DNA of 64,000 bases from an uncultured bacterium (GCA_963705505.1 CAVPJU010000006.1:736001-800000), one strand, 5' to 3'; shown: positions 1-10,983, counted from the first letter of the stretch. Numbers and translations are program-made. The notes: generated by a model not told the origin, from the sequence alone.

Positions 1-1
1 T

Positions 2-631
2 ATATACAGAATTGCGATGGCGGTGAGGAGAGCGGGTTTTGACATTACCGACCGGGAGTTCGAGGCCGAGTTTGCCAAAGCTGACTACAGGCTTTTCTTA
101 AAGCATATGGAAACGGGCGGCATCAGCCCTCGGGAGCACCGTGAGTGGTTTTTCCCGATTCTCTACGAATCGCTCTCACCCTCATCCGACATCGACGAAT
201 TCCGGAAGAACGTGAGGCGGGAGATGAGTGAGATCGAGTTTACGAGAGCGCTCCTTCCCGGTGCCGCGAGTCTGCTCCATTACCTCAAGGGGAAAGGGTA
301 TATGCTTGCCGTCATCTCCAACAACGACGGCTATACTGAGGAGAAGTGCGAGGAAGTCGGGATCAGGCAGTATCTCGATTTCGTTTTCGATTCGACTAAT
401 TTGGACATGATAAAACCGGACGCGCGCATATTCAGATATGCGGCGGACAAATTGGGGATTTCTCCCGGAGAAGCCGTACACGTAGGCGATATGTACGGCA
501 GCGATATTATGGGCGCGCTCAACGCGGGAGTCGATGTTATATGGTTTAACGGCAGGGGGATAAAGAAGTTTAACGACACCGAGGTAAAAGAGGTCGGGGA
601 GTTGGCCGAAATACTCGGATTGATCGATTAG
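2..631 (+). CDS. HAD-superfamily hydrolase, 5' end outside window
   Basis: Motif II (ISN), motif III Lys (KPD) and motif IV (HVGDMYGSDIMGA) present. Frame is open to the window edge and motif I DxD is missing. Confidence 0.85.
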   Translation: MYRIAMAVRRAGFDITDREFEAEFAKADYRLFLKHMETGGISPREHREWFFPILYESLSPSSDIDEFRKNVRREMSEIEFTRALLPGAASLLHYLKGKGYMLAVISNNDGYTEEKCEEVGIRQYLDFVFDSTNLDMIKPDARIFRYAADKLGISPGEAVHVGDMYGSDIMGALNAGVDVIWFNGRGIKKFNDTEVKEVGELAEILGLID

Positions 632-714
632 TTCTGCGCTTAAACCGCGAATACCAGTCGCGCGCAAAGACATTTTCTTTTCATCCTTATAATCGAATAA
701 AAAAGGGCAGGGTC

Positions 715-3447
715 ATGGAAGGCGAGATTAAAATCGAGGGAGCCAGGGAGAACAACTTAAAGAATATAACCGTCTCTATCCCCTGGCATAAATATACGGT
801 GGTAACCGGCCTGAGCGGTTCGGGAAAATCCTCACTCGCCCTGGACACGCTCTATGCGGAAGGTCTGAGGAGGTATATCGAATGCCTTTCGACATACGCA
901 AGACAGTTCCTCGAGCGCGTGGATCGTCCGGACATGGACGATATATCGGGTCTCCCTCCTGCGGTTGCGATCGAGAGCAGGAACTCGGTCAGGAATTCAC
1001 GCTCGACTGTGGGGACGACGACCGAGGTCTACGATTATCTGAGGCTCCTCTTTGCAAAAGTGGGGAGGACCTTCTGCCCCGAATGCGGGAAGGAAGTCCG
1101 GCACAGGTCGCCCGGAGACATAGCGGAGGAGTTGTTAAAAGACCATGGGGGAGAAAGGGCGGTAATCACATTCCCTCCGGGTAATTTAAATCTCACGCCG
1201 GCGGAGCTTTTATCGAACGGATTCACGAGAATCATCGCGGGGGGAGAAATAGCGGAGGTCGAGGGGCTGGCCAAGATTCCCAAGGGCGCCGAAATTGTCC
1301 TCGACAGGGTGTCTATAGATAAAAAATCCCGCTCCAGGATCGTGGGTTCGCTCGAGCTTGCCCTTGAAGAAAGCAGGTATGTGAACGTCCGCATACTCGA
1401 CGGGGAGGTCTTGCGATACTCGGCCGACCTCGAGTGCCCGACCTGTCATAAACGGTTCGGCGAGCCGACCCCTCTCCTCTTCTCCTTCAATAGTCCCCAG
1501 GGGGCATGTCCCGAGTGCAAGGGGTTCGGCAACATCCTGGGTCTTGACCCCGACCTCGTCGTCCCGAATCCGGAAAAGAGCCTGTCCCAGGGCGCGATAG
1601 AACCCCTTACAAAGCCTTCTCTCAAACCCCAGATGAGAAAGCTACTCCATTTCGCCGAGGAGAGGGGCATCTATACCGGTAAGCCGTATGAAACGCTCAC
1701 GGAGAAGGAAAAGGAGCTCGTTTTCGAGGGGGACAGGGGTTTTCCGGGCGTCAGGGGATTTTTCAGGCATCTCGAGGAAAAAAACTACAAGATGCATGTC
1801 AGGGTATTCCTCAGCAGATACAGGTCGGCGTTCATCTGTAACGCGTGCATGGGGTCGAGGCTCGTCAAAGAGGCGCTCTGGGTGAAGGTCGGCGGTATGA
1901 ACATCTTCGAGCTGTCTCTCCTGCCGATAGACAAGCTCAGGGAATTCTTCGACGGGCTCACTCTCAGCCAATACGAAAGGACAGTCGCGCACGAAATCTT
2001 AAAGCAGATCAACTCCAGGATCGAGTTCCTGATAAAAGTAGGCCTCGAATACCTTACGCTTTCCCGGCTTTCGAGAACCCTCTCCGGCGGCGAAGCGCAG
2101 AGGGTCAACCTTGCCTGCCAGCTGGGAGCGACGCTGACAGAAACACTTTATATAATGGATGAGCCGTCGATAGGGCTCCATCCCAGGGACGTCGACCGTC
2201 TTATCTCTCTCATTAAGGAGCTGAGGGACAGGGATAACACGGTCGTCGTGGTCGAGCACGATTTTGAAATGATAAAGTCCGCCGACCATATAGTGGAGCT
2301 CGGACCCCTCGCGGGTGAAAGGGGAGGGGATATAGTCTTTCAGGGAGACGTAAAGAAACTGCTCAATAACTCCGTCGAGTCCCTGACGAAGCGGTACATA
2401 ACGGGGAAGGCCAAAATAGAGACTCCCGGAAAAAGGAGGAAGGGCAGCGGAAAGTTTTTGACCGTCGTCGGAGCGGAGGAGAATAACCTGAAAAATCTGA
2501 CCGTATCGTTTCCGCTCGGGACGTTCATCTGCGTAACTGGCGTTTCCGGCTCCGGCAAGAGCTCTCTCGTCGACGATGTGGTTTATTCCGCACTTGCCCG
2601 GAAGTTCAGGGGAGAGGTCGAAAGGGTGGGAAAATATGCGGAGATCAGAGGCTCGGAGCTCCTCTCCGATGTGATTATGCTCGATCAGAATCCGATAGGG
2701 AAAAGCTCGAGGTCAAATCCGGTCACATACATAAAGGCATACGACGAGATAAGGAAGACGATGGCCGGAACGTGGCAGGCAAAATCGAAAGGACTTACAG
2801 CGTCCCATTTTTCATTCAATGTCCCCGGCGGGAGGTGCGAGGTCTGTGAAGGGGAGGGGGTGCAGCAGATAGAAATGCATTTTCTGGCGGATGTGTTCGT
2901 CACCTGCGAGGAGTGCGGGGGCAAAAGGTTTAACAAGGACGTGCTGTCGATACAGTACAGGAGCAGGAATATCGACGAGGTTCTGGCGCTCACTGTGAAC
3001 GAGGCTATAAATTTCTTCTACGAGGTCCCGGCGATCGGAAGAAAGCTGAAGATACTTCAGGATGTCGGCCTCGGATATATAAGACTCGGGCAGGCGGCGC
3101 CCACGCTCTCGGGTGGGGAGGCTCAGAGGATAAAAATAGCCAGGGAGCTCGGAAGGAAAGGCGGCAGGGACATACTTTACATATTGGATGAGCCCACAGT
3201 AGGGCTCCACGCGGAGGACGTAAGAAAGCTGCTCGAAGTGATAAATAAGCTCGTCCTTGCGGGTAACACGGTACTCGTCGTGGAGCACAACATGGACGTG
3301 ATAAAATCAGCCGATCATGTGCTCGACCTCGGCCCCGAAGGCGGAGACGAAGGGGGATACATAATTGCCCAGGGCACTCCCGAGGAGATCGCGAAGGCGG
3401 GGGGATCACACACCGGGAGGTATCTCGGACAGTTACTTTCTTCCTAG
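715..3447 (+). CDS. uvrA: Excinuclease ABC subunit A
   Basis: GARENNLKN starts, two Walker A motifs (GLSGSGKS, GVSGSGKS), two LSGGEAQR signatures, CxxC zinc fingers. Confidence 0.97.
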   Translation: MEGEIKIEGARENNLKNITVSIPWHKYTVVTGLSGSGKSSLALDTLYAEGLRRYIECLSTYARQFLERVDRPDMDDISGLPPAVAIESRNSVRNSRSTVGTTTEVYDYLRLLFAKVGRTFCPECGKEVRHRSPGDIAEELLKDHGGERAVITFPPGNLNLTPAELLSNGFTRIIAGGEIAEVEGLAKIPKGAEIVLDRVSIDKKSRSRIVGSLELALEESRYVNVRILDGEVLRYSADLECPTCHKRFGEPTPLLFSFNSPQGACPECKGFGNILGLDPDLVVPNPEKSLSQGAIEPLTKPSLKPQMRKLLHFAEERGIYTGKPYETLTEKEKELVFEGDRGFPGVRGFFRHLEEKNYKMHVRVFLSRYRSAFICNACMGSRLVKEALWVKVGGMNIFELSLLPIDKLREFFDGLTLSQYERTVAHEILKQINSRIEFLIKVGLEYLTLSRLSRTLSGGEAQRVNLACQLGATLTETLYIMDEPSIGLHPRDVDRLISLIKELRDRDNTVVVVEHDFEMIKSADHIVELGPLAGERGGDIVFQGDVKKLLNNSVESLTKRYITGKAKIETPGKRRKGSGKFLTVVGAEENNLKNLTVSFPLGTFICVTGVSGSGKSSLVDDVVYSALARKFRGEVERVGKYAEIRGSELLSDVIMLDQNPIGKSSRSNPVTYIKAYDEIRKTMAGTWQAKSKGLTASHFSFNVPGGRCEVCEGEGVQQIEMHFLADVFVTCEECGGKRFNKDVLSIQYRSRNIDEVLALTVNEAINFFYEVPAIGRKLKILQDVGLGYIRLGQAAPTLSGGEAQRIKIARELGRKGGRDILYILDEPTVGLHAEDVRKLLEVINKLVLAGNTVLVVEHNMDVIKSADHVLDLGPEGGDEGGYIIAQGTPEEIAKAGGSHTGRYLGQLLSS

Positions 3448-3637
3448 TCTTTTCCCGTTTTAGTTCCCGGAGCGCTCGAATTCCCCGCTCATTCTGGGAT
3501 AGGGGCCGATTGTCAGATAAAATATCCCGCTCAATACCGGGTTTCACCCGGAATGACACGGAATTCGCCGCTGGCAGAGACTTGAAAAACTGAAAATGAT
3601 TTTTATATAAGATTTAGTAATAAAAAGGTTATTACAT

Positions 3638-4726
3638 ATGGCAAACCGAAAAAGAGACTATTACGAAGTGCTGGGCGTCGAGAGAACGGCAAGTCAGCAG
3701 GAAATAAAAAAGTCGTACCGCCGCCTGGCGATGGAGTACCATCCCGACCACAACAGGGAGCCCGATGCCGAAGAGAAGTTTAAAGAGCTTTCGGAGGCCT
3801 ACGGCGTGCTATCCGATTCCGATAAGCGGGCGCGTTACGACAGAGGGGGTTTTTCCGCTCTCGACGGTATGTCGGCAGAGGACATTTTCAGCGGAATAAA
3901 CTTTGGGGACATATTCGGGGGAGGGGGTATCGGCGGGAGCTTATTCGATGAGATATTCGGATTCGGAAGAAGGCGGGGCCCCACCAGGGGAAGGGACATA
4001 GAGGTGGAAATCACGGTACCCCTGAAAAGAATACTCACGGGCGGCGAAGAAACGGTCGAGTACAGCCGGAGGGTCGCATGCCCCGATTGCGGCGGATCAG
4101 GCGCAAAACCCGGAACAGAGCCCAGGAACTGCAGCGAGTGCGGCGGGACCGGTCAGAGGGTATATACGAGCCGCCAGCAGGGTATGACGTTCCAGCAGGT
4201 CGCGGTCTGTCCTTCATGCAAGGGACGCGGCTCGATAATAGATGAGTTCTGCCCCGCATGCGGGGGAAAGGGAAATGTCGAACGGAAGAGCGAAATCAAA
4301 ATCAAGATACCCGAGGGGATTGAGGACGGTACTGCGCTGAGGGTAACGGGGCACGGAAGTCTCAGTCCCGAACCCGGAGGAGCGCCCGGGGACCTGATAG
4401 TCATAGTCAGGACGGAGGACGACCCGCGGTTCGAAAGGAGGGGCGAGCACCTCTACAGAGTGGAAATGATAAGTGTCGCCGATGCGGTCCTCGGGACCAG
4501 GCTCGATATCCCAACACTCACGGGCGAGGTCGAGATGAAGGTCCCGGCCGGTACACAGCCCGGAACCGTGCTTCGCATTCCAAACGAGGGGCTGCCAAGC
4601 TTCAGGAGCGGGAGGCGGGGGGATATTTATATAAGAATTCAGGTGGAAATACCCAAAAAGCCTTCGTCCGAAGAAAAGGAACTCTACGGTAAGCTCAAAG
4701 ATATAGGCGGCGCGAAAGCAAACTGA
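3638..4726 (+). CDS. dnaJ: Molecular chaperone DnaJ (class A)
   Basis: DYYEVLG start, HPD motif, G/F-rich region, four CxxCxGxG repeats, C-terminal domain. Confidence 0.96.
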   Translation: MANRKRDYYEVLGVERTASQQEIKKSYRRLAMEYHPDHNREPDAEEKFKELSEAYGVLSDSDKRARYDRGGFSALDGMSAEDIFSGINFGDIFGGGGIGGSLFDEIFGFGRRRGPTRGRDIEVEITVPLKRILTGGEETVEYSRRVACPDCGGSGAKPGTEPRNCSECGGTGQRVYTSRQQGMTFQQVAVCPSCKGRGSIIDEFCPACGGKGNVERKSEIKIKIPEGIEDGTALRVTGHGSLSPEPGGAPGDLIVIVRTEDDPRFERRGEHLYRVEMISVADAVLGTRLDIPTLTGEVEMKVPAGTQPGTVLRIPNEGLPSFRSGRRGDIYIRIQVEIPKKPSSEEKELYGKLKDIGGAKAN

Positions 4727-4844
4727 CGGCCCATATCTTAGGCCGCTATGATGCATCAGTTTTTTGATCTTCTTTAATCGCCCATCTTTCTGAAGGTGCG
4801 GATTTTATTTGACGTGAATTAAAACACCCGTATCAAAAATACTT

Positions 4845-5588
4845 TTAATAACCCCCCGCGGCGACGGGGAACTGGAACGAAAGCGTTCGGAATACAGGCG
4901 TGCCCTCGATGCCGTAACCTATATCGAGCGTGACCTGGGTCACCTCATCCGGTATCTGTTTGAAAAATAAATACCCCCTGACGGACGCGTTCGGGGCGAT
5001 CGATCCGGGCGTGAGCGCCTCGGTTATCACGTCCTTCGTACTCGGAGGCTTCGCGTAATAATAAGTGGGCGGCGGATAGTACCAGAATGGGTCGTACGCA
5101 TAAAAGCCGAAAGGTCTCCAGTACGGGCCGTAATAAGGCCCCCAGGGCCCGCGGTAATAGCCTCCGTAATACCCTCCGCCTATTCCGATCGATACGTTCG
5201 GATATGAAGGATATGCATACACGGTTGTGCCGGTGGATTTTACTATATCGGCTACGGCCTGAGGGTTGAGAGGGCTGTACTGTGTCCTGAACTGGTCGAA
5301 TAGTACGATATCGCTGTAATCGAATCCGATGGCTTTGCCCGAAAAGTTCTCTATTTCCACATAAAAGGGCGTTACATAATTCTGGAGGTTTCCGGGCGAA
5401 CCTGTCCAGTATGACGGGATAACGGTAATCCTCACGCCGTCCCCGCTTGTCTGGACGCTCGGTGTCGGGTTAAACGGTGGTGGCGGAGGCGGGGCGTAAT
5501 AGCCTGATGGATAGCATGCCGCCAATATCAGTATCGGCAGTATAAATCCCAGGCGGGTGAGAGTGTTTAACCGGGGAATATGTTTCAT
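4845..5588 (-). CDS. Hypothetical lipoprotein with Pro/Tyr/Gly-rich segments
   Basis: Hydrophobic signal ending in lipobox ILAAC. Start could be 5615 or 5588. Confidence 0.65.
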   Translation of the reverse strand: MKHIPRLNTLTRLGFILPILILAACYPSGYYAPPPPPPFNPTPSVQTSGDGVRITVIPSYWTGSPGNLQNYVTPFYVEIENFSGKAIGFDYSDIVLFDQFRTQYSPLNPQAVADIVKSTGTTVYAYPSYPNVSIGIGGGYYGGYYRGPWGPYYGPYWRPFGFYAYDPFWYYPPPTYYYAKPPSTKDVITEALTPGSIAPNASVRGYLFFKQIPDEVTQVTLDIGYGIEGTPVFRTLSFQFPVAAGGY

Positions 5589-5749
5589 ATCAGGACCTTT
5601 TCGGGAATGAGGCATAACTCACTATATATTAAGTATATTTGATTAATTATCCCTTTTCTATGAATATCTTTTCTATTTACCGCATGATTTGGATTACACA
5701 TTCATTTTTGCTACAATAACCTTGAAAATTCGAAAGGAGACATTCAGAT

Positions 5750-7057
5750 ATGGGTAAATATCCGCCGGGGCTTGACGTTGCTGTCGATTATAAATTCATG
5801 GATGCCGTTTTCGAGCGGAGGTCGAGGAGGTTCGGCCTCGGCATGGAGATCGAGAAGGGGCCGCTCGCTTACAAATCCAAGCACGCCCCGGTTCCGCTCT
5901 CCGAGCTTGAAGAGGCTATAATCGTCTGGAACGGGTTAGGTATAAAAAACATAAACCTTTCTGATTTTCCCCCGCACGTCGGACTCGACCTCGAGATGCA
6001 GTTTACGAGCAGGACGATCCCCGCGCTCGGCGACGTTCACAGGACGGAGCTCTTCTACACTAACGACGAAGGCACGTACATGGTGAAGCTCCACGACAGG
6101 AGGCCCGATGATTTCAGGGGCCTCGAGGGCCTTAGCCGGGAGAAGAGGGTAGACCGTATACTCGAGCTCTTCAGGGAGTCGAGGATAAAGCTCGAGGACA
6201 AACGGGCCGACCTGCCTTCGAAGCCGCCCGGACTTGCCGCACATAATCTCTGGAACGTAAATAAGCCCGGCACGACGGTGTTTATGCCTGTAACGGATCT
6301 CTCCGCCTGCATAATAAACCTTTATTTTTTCTACATGCGTCCCGATCACAGATTTAATTTCGTCGACGAGCTTCACGGAATGAGGGCGCCGGGAACTGCC
6401 GAATGGCAGAAAAAGGGCTTCCTTGACCTGGGGAAGAGAATGCCGCTTATAGAAGCGGAGCTGAGGTTCGCGAACGGCTACATAGCCGAGCAGGCGTTCA
6501 TGGGGCAGAACATGGTGCTTACGCTTCAGGCTCTTGGGCTCGGGGGATGGCTCTTCAGCGGGTTTGCGAGCATGTTCATGCTTGGCGGCACACCCTTCAA
6601 CCGGGGCCTCGGGTTCAGGTTCATTACGCCGCAGCTCAAGGGTGAGACGGGTAACCCGAACCCTGTCGCGGTCGGAAAGGACGGGTTTTTCCAGGCGTTC
6701 TGCCCCCCCTATTACAAGGATATGGGAGAGGCGGTCGAGGCGTTAAACGATATGAAATGGACCAACTGGGAATCCCATACGATGCCCTTCAAGAACCCCG
6801 AAGGCGTGCTTCAGGAAGTCGAGAGGCCGAGCAAGGAGGAGATACAGGTCGTTAAGGACATATGCAGCTATGTGTACGATACGTACGGCAGGTTCCCCGC
6901 CTTCTCTGACCCCATGTTCCTGAGATTCATGGTGCAGGCGCACCACCTCGACCTGGACTTTTACGACAAGTATTATCCGCCCGGCGCATATACGGAAAAC
7001 CACAAGAACCATTTCAAGCTATGGCACCCGGAGATACCAGACCCGTTTGAGAAATAG
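5750..7057 (+). CDS. Conserved hypothetical protein, probable nitroreductase-like (FMN-binding) fold
   Basis: AAGGAG RBS, 435 aa. N-terminal RRSRRF and later QNMVLTLQALGLGGW resemble nitroreductase motifs. Confidence 0.55.
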   Translation: MGKYPPGLDVAVDYKFMDAVFERRSRRFGLGMEIEKGPLAYKSKHAPVPLSELEEAIIVWNGLGIKNINLSDFPPHVGLDLEMQFTSRTIPALGDVHRTELFYTNDEGTYMVKLHDRRPDDFRGLEGLSREKRVDRILELFRESRIKLEDKRADLPSKPPGLAAHNLWNVNKPGTTVFMPVTDLSACIINLYFFYMRPDHRFNFVDELHGMRAPGTAEWQKKGFLDLGKRMPLIEAELRFANGYIAEQAFMGQNMVLTLQALGLGGWLFSGFASMFMLGGTPFNRGLGFRFITPQLKGETGNPNPVAVGKDGFFQAFCPPYYKDMGEAVEALNDMKWTNWESHTMPFKNPEGVLQEVERPSKEEIQVVKDICSYVYDTYGRFPAFSDPMFLRFMVQAHHLDLDFYDKYYPPGAYTENHKNHFKLWHPEIPDPFEK

Positions 7058-7139
7058 CCGGGCCAGAATTTAAATGCCGGGATGGGTCGGCGGATTATTT
7101 GCCAACTGTAAATAACCGGAAATCTCATAATATAAACAA

Positions 7140-8117
7140 ATGGAAAAGATTTATGTCAGCGCTCAGTATCCGGGAGAGCCGCTCGATCGGCTCAAAAAGG
7201 AATATCGCGTAGAGGAATTTTTGGGAGAGCGTCTGCCTACAAGAGCGGAGCTTCTGGAAGGCGCATCGGGCTCTGCGGCTGTCATTGCTACGGTCTCCGA
7301 TCAAATCGACAAAGAGTTCATCGATCTCCTCCCCGGCCTCAGGATAGTGTCCAACTGCGGCGTCGGATACGAAAACATAGACGTTCTGTACGCGACTGAA
7401 AAGGGTGTCATGGTCACAAATACCCCCGATGTACTCACCGAAACCACTGCTGACCTCGCCTGGGCTCTGATGATGTCCGTCGCGCGGCGGGTTATCGAGG
7501 GGGACGATTATGTAAGGGAAGGGAAGTTCAGGTGCTGGCACCCGTCTCTCCTCCTCGGGCAGAATATCTACGGCAAGACACTGGGTATCTACGGTATGGG
7601 AAGGATAGGCGCCGCCGCTGCCAGAAGGGCCGGGGGGTTCGGCATGAGGGTTATATACCACAACAGGAAAAGGAATGAAGTTGCAGAGATGGAGACGGGG
7701 GCTGTCTACGCGGACTTTCCCGAGCTCCTTAAGGAGTCGGATTTTATAATCGTCTCTTCTCCACTTAACAAGGGAACGCGGGGACGTTTCGGGATCGAGG
7801 AGTTCAGGCAAATGAAGCCTACTTCAATTATCGTAAACGTCGGAAGAGGGCCCATCATAAAGGAGAACGAGCTTGCTGAGGCTCTCAGGAACGGACTTAT
7901 ATGGGGAGCCGGCCTCGATGTGTACGAAAATGAGCCCGAAGTCCATCATGAACTACTGAAGCTTAATAATACTGTACTGCTGCCGCACATCGGGAGCGCT
8001 TCCCGGGAAACGAGAGTAAGGATGATAGATATGGCTGTTGAGAGCGTCGAGTTAGCGTTAGGCGGAAAGACCCCCAAGCACCTCGTCAATCCGGAAGTGC
8101 TCGGACGCCTCGGTTAG
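7140..8117 (+). CDS. D-2-hydroxyacid dehydrogenase (glyoxylate reductase / D-glycerate dehydrogenase family)
   Basis: TNTPDVLT, GMGRIG Rossmann motif, NVGRG, LDVYENEP, PHIGSA. Confidence 0.92.
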   Translation: MEKIYVSAQYPGEPLDRLKKEYRVEEFLGERLPTRAELLEGASGSAAVIATVSDQIDKEFIDLLPGLRIVSNCGVGYENIDVLYATEKGVMVTNTPDVLTETTADLAWALMMSVARRVIEGDDYVREGKFRCWHPSLLLGQNIYGKTLGIYGMGRIGAAAARRAGGFGMRVIYHNRKRNEVAEMETGAVYADFPELLKESDFIIVSSPLNKGTRGRFGIEEFRQMKPTSIIVNVGRGPIIKENELAEALRNGLIWGAGLDVYENEPEVHHELLKLNNTVLLPHIGSASRETRVRMIDMAVESVELALGGKTPKHLVNPEVLGRLG

Positions 8118-8177
8118 GCTTTATTCTTTTATATATGGTTATGCCCTTCAGATAAGCTCCCCCCGTCAAAGCCCCCA

Positions 8178-8666
8178 TTACTGGGAGTTAAGGGTCGGGA
8201 ACAGGTTTTTATTCCCGGTGAGCTTCTTGATGGTTTTGAATATGTCGCTTTCCTCGAATTGCGACGGGTGAATCGGCTCCGACTCTTCATCCTCAAAAAG
8301 CCTTTCGTAGGATATGAGCAAAGCCTTCGCTTTGGCGATCTGATGTTTGGGAGATTCCTGCGGGCCGCCTAAGAGTAATTCGATCAATTCCTTTCCTCTG
8401 TCCTCTCCGTATTCTTTGATACCTTCGTCTATGAATTGCTGATAGACCGAATTTCGATTGACGGATAAGTCCCCCTTGTGAGATTCGGAGAATTCGTAGA
8501 TTCCGATTAGCTTGTTGGAGAGGTTTTTTATCCTGTTCATGTCTTCATGGATCAGGTCTATTTTTTCCATGAGACCGGGCAGGTCGTTGTAATCTATATC
8601 GGAGAGATCAAAGCCTCTATAGTTGACAGGAATATCTGAATCGAAGTCATCGAAATTATCTATCAT
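8178..8666 (-). CDS. Hypothetical acidic protein
   Basis: 162-aa ORF with AAGGAGG RBS; no motif recognised. Confidence 0.6.
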   Translation of the reverse strand: MIDNFDDFDSDIPVNYRGFDLSDIDYNDLPGLMEKIDLIHEDMNRIKNLSNKLIGIYEFSESHKGDLSVNRNSVYQQFIDEGIKEYGEDRGKELIELLLGGPQESPKHQIAKAKALLISYERLFEDEESEPIHPSQFEESDIFKTIKKLTGNKNLFPTLNSQ

Positions 8667-8788
8667 CCTAACCCTCCTTTTCAGACTTACCTATATAAAA
8701 GTCTATAATTTTTATAACAAGTTTCAAGCCCCTATTTTTATCCGCCTTGTTCCGGGAATCCGGCTAGCCGGCTCTTTTGCCTTCAGTT

Positions 8789-9043
8789 CTAGCTGCTCCC
8801 GTTCTGTTTCTTCGTTTCCTCCTCTTTGGTATCTCCGAATAAGGACTTGAACGGCATCTTTAGTATAAACAAAATAACGGCCGGCCGCAGGAATATGGAC
8901 GCGAACTGCCATATGTCCGCCGGAGTCAGGTAGATTTTCGAATCCCATACGCCCATCTGGCCGCTCAATACCACAAAGTCCCCCTCGACCGATGAGTCGC
9001 TGACCTTAATTTCGAAATCTCCTGCCGGGCTTACAACTTTCAT
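8789..9043 (-). CDS. Small hypothetical protein (about 84 aa)
   Basis: GGAGG RBS before ATG at 9043 (MKVVSPAGDF...); hydrophobic stretch near the C-terminus. Confidence 0.6.
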   Translation of the reverse strand: MKVVSPAGDFEIKVSDSSVEGDFVVLSGQMGVWDSKIYLTPADIWQFASIFLRPAVILFILKMPFKSLFGDTKEEETKKQNGSS

Positions 9044-9174
9044 CACGCCTCCGATTGTATCGCAGCTTATGAGATCATAGTCTAAATTATCCCATAAAGC
9101 CCCGGTATTTGCCAGTGGGGACACATAGTGTCGTTTTTAAGGGAGTAAAAGGTGGATCGACTTCTGGTAAGAGC

Positions 9175-10023
9175 TTATTCTATGGCCTTTCTCATCACAT
9201 CTACTGGGGCGTCCCTGCCCGTCCAGATCTCAAAGCTAAGGGCCCCCTGGTAAAGAAGCATGCTGAGCCCCCCGGAAGCTCTGTGTCCCAGTTCCCGCGC
9301 TTTCTTTACAAGGCTCGTCTCCCTGGGCTTGTAAACAAGGTCGTAGACCGCGGCTGATTCTTTGAGGGATTCGAGCGGGACCTCCATCGTTTCGCCTTCC
9401 TCCATTCCGGCGGATGTCGAGTTAACGAGTATGTCCGTTTCCGAAAGGCGGGTTTTTATGGCTCCTTTATCGTCGAGCGCAATCGTTTCTATCTTTATAT
9501 TTTTGAATTGCTTTCCGAATTCAGACGCCAGTTTCAGGGCTTTCTCACGCGTTCTGTTTACTATGCATATGCTTTCAGCACCGTTCATGCAGAAAGCCGA
9601 CATCACCGCCCGGGCTGCCCCGCCCGCACCCAGGAGGAATACATTCGCTCCTTCGGGTTTGGAACCCAGATCCTCCTCAGCCGCCCTCAGGAATCCCCCC
9701 ACATCGGTGTTGTGGCCCGAGAGCTTGCCATCTTCGTTTTTTACAGTATTGACAGCCCCTGTGAGTCTTGCATCGGGAGAAATTTCGTCGAGGTGCGGGA
9801 TTATGCTCTCTTTATGGGGTATGGTGATATTTATACCCTTTATTCCGAGCGTCCTGACCGCATCCGCTGCATGGCCTATTTTTTCAGGACGTATATCGAA
9901 TGCCAGATATACGCAGTCAAGTCCGAGCGCTGCGAAAGCGCTGTTGTGCATTACCGGTGAGAGGCTGTGGGCGACCGGATGACCGAATATGCCGTATATT
10001 TTCGTTGTCGCTTTTACTTCCAT
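9175..10023 (-). CDS. aroE: Shikimate dehydrogenase
   Basis: GHPVAHSLSP, NITIPHK, GAVNT, NTD, GAGGAA, DLVY, MLLYQG. Confidence 0.96.
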   Translation of the reverse strand: MEVKATTKIYGIFGHPVAHSLSPVMHNSAFAALGLDCVYLAFDIRPEKIGHAADAVRTLGIKGINITIPHKESIIPHLDEISPDARLTGAVNTVKNEDGKLSGHNTDVGGFLRAAEEDLGSKPEGANVFLLGAGGAARAVMSAFCMNGAESICIVNRTREKALKLASEFGKQFKNIKIETIALDDKGAIKTRLSETDILVNSTSAGMEEGETMEVPLESLKESAAVYDLVYKPRETSLVKKARELGHRASGGLSMLLYQGALSFEIWTGRDAPVDVMRKAIE

Positions 10024-10065
10024 TTTTCCCCGCGTGTTAAAACATATTAACACTTTATTTCATCA

Positions 10066-10983
10066 CTAAGCGGTCGAGAGGACAATTTTTACATTCTCCA
10101 CGTCCCTCTTTATCTGGGCGATGAGCGAGTCCACATTCTCAAAGCGCTGCTCGTCCCTTATCCTCTCCACGAATTCGAGCCTGAGCCTTTTACCGTAGAT
10201 ATCGGAATTGAAATCGAATATATGAGTCTCTATGAGCAGCTTGTTGTTTCCGAAAGTGGGCCTGTAACCTATGTTCGTGATACTGTCGAATTTTTTATTG
10301 TCTGTATAGGCCCTCGTGGCATAAACACCTGTCTTGGGCAGTATATCCCAGTCTGTATCGAGGTTGGCGGTGGGATACCCGATCTGCCTTCCCCTCTTTT
10401 CTCCCTCGGTTACCTGCCCCTCTATGTAATAGAAATACCCCAGGAATGCTGCGGCCTTTTTCGTGTCGCCCGATTTGAGGAAATTCCTTATAGCGCTGCT
10501 GCTGACGACCTCGTTATCTATGTAAACCGGCCCCAGGACGCTCGTTTCGAAGTCGTAAGTACCACCCATCGTCTTCAAAAGCTCCGAATTGCCTTCCCTT
10601 TTTCGTCCGAATGAAAAATCAGGGCCTACGATCAGGTGCTTCACTTTAAGCTTGCCGACCAGTATCCCGGAGATGAAATCTTTTGCGGAAATTTTTGAAA
10701 TCTCCTCCGTGAACGTGTAGCATGCGACAAAATCTATCCCCTCCTTTTCGAGGAGCCTCAGTCTTTCCCTGATAGGTATAAGGAGTGGGATATCTATATT
10801 CCGGAGGATCTTCTGGGGATGCGGATGAAAGGTTATCACGCAGGAGCTCAAGCCTTTCTTTTCCGCGCTTTCCCTGACCGCGCTCAATATCTTCTTATGG
10901 CCCAGGTGTACGCCGTCGAAGTTCCCGATCGTTGCGGAGGTAGGGTTCTCTATGGGTTCTTCGGGGTTAAAGATCACTTTCAT
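10066..10983 (-). CDS. ribF: Bifunctional riboflavin kinase / FAD synthetase
   Basis: GNFDGVHLGH, TFHPHP, SSSAIR, GYPTAN, NIGYRPTF, ETHIFDF. Start reassigned to MKVIF. Confidence 0.96.
   Translation of the reverse strand: MKVIFNPEEPIENPTSATIGNFDGVHLGHKKILSAVRESAEKKGLSSCVITFHPHPQKILRNIDIPLLIPIRERLRLLEKEGIDFVACYTFTEEISKISAKDFISGILVGKLKVKHLIVGPDFSFGRKREGNSELLKTMGGTYDFETSVLGPVYIDNEVVSSSAIRNFLKSGDTKKAAAFLGYFYYIEGQVTEGEKRGRQIGYPTANLDTDWDILPKTGVYATRAYTDNKKFDSITNIGYRPTFGNNKLLIETHIFDFNSDIYGKRLRLEFVERIRDEQRFENVDSLIAQIKRDVENVKIVLSTA

Noticed and set aside
3570..4726. Heat-shock promoter/CIRCE element and orphan dnaJ
   Set aside because: CTTGAA is present without a CCCCAT -10 and there is no CIRCE repeat; stand-alone dnaJ copies are common.
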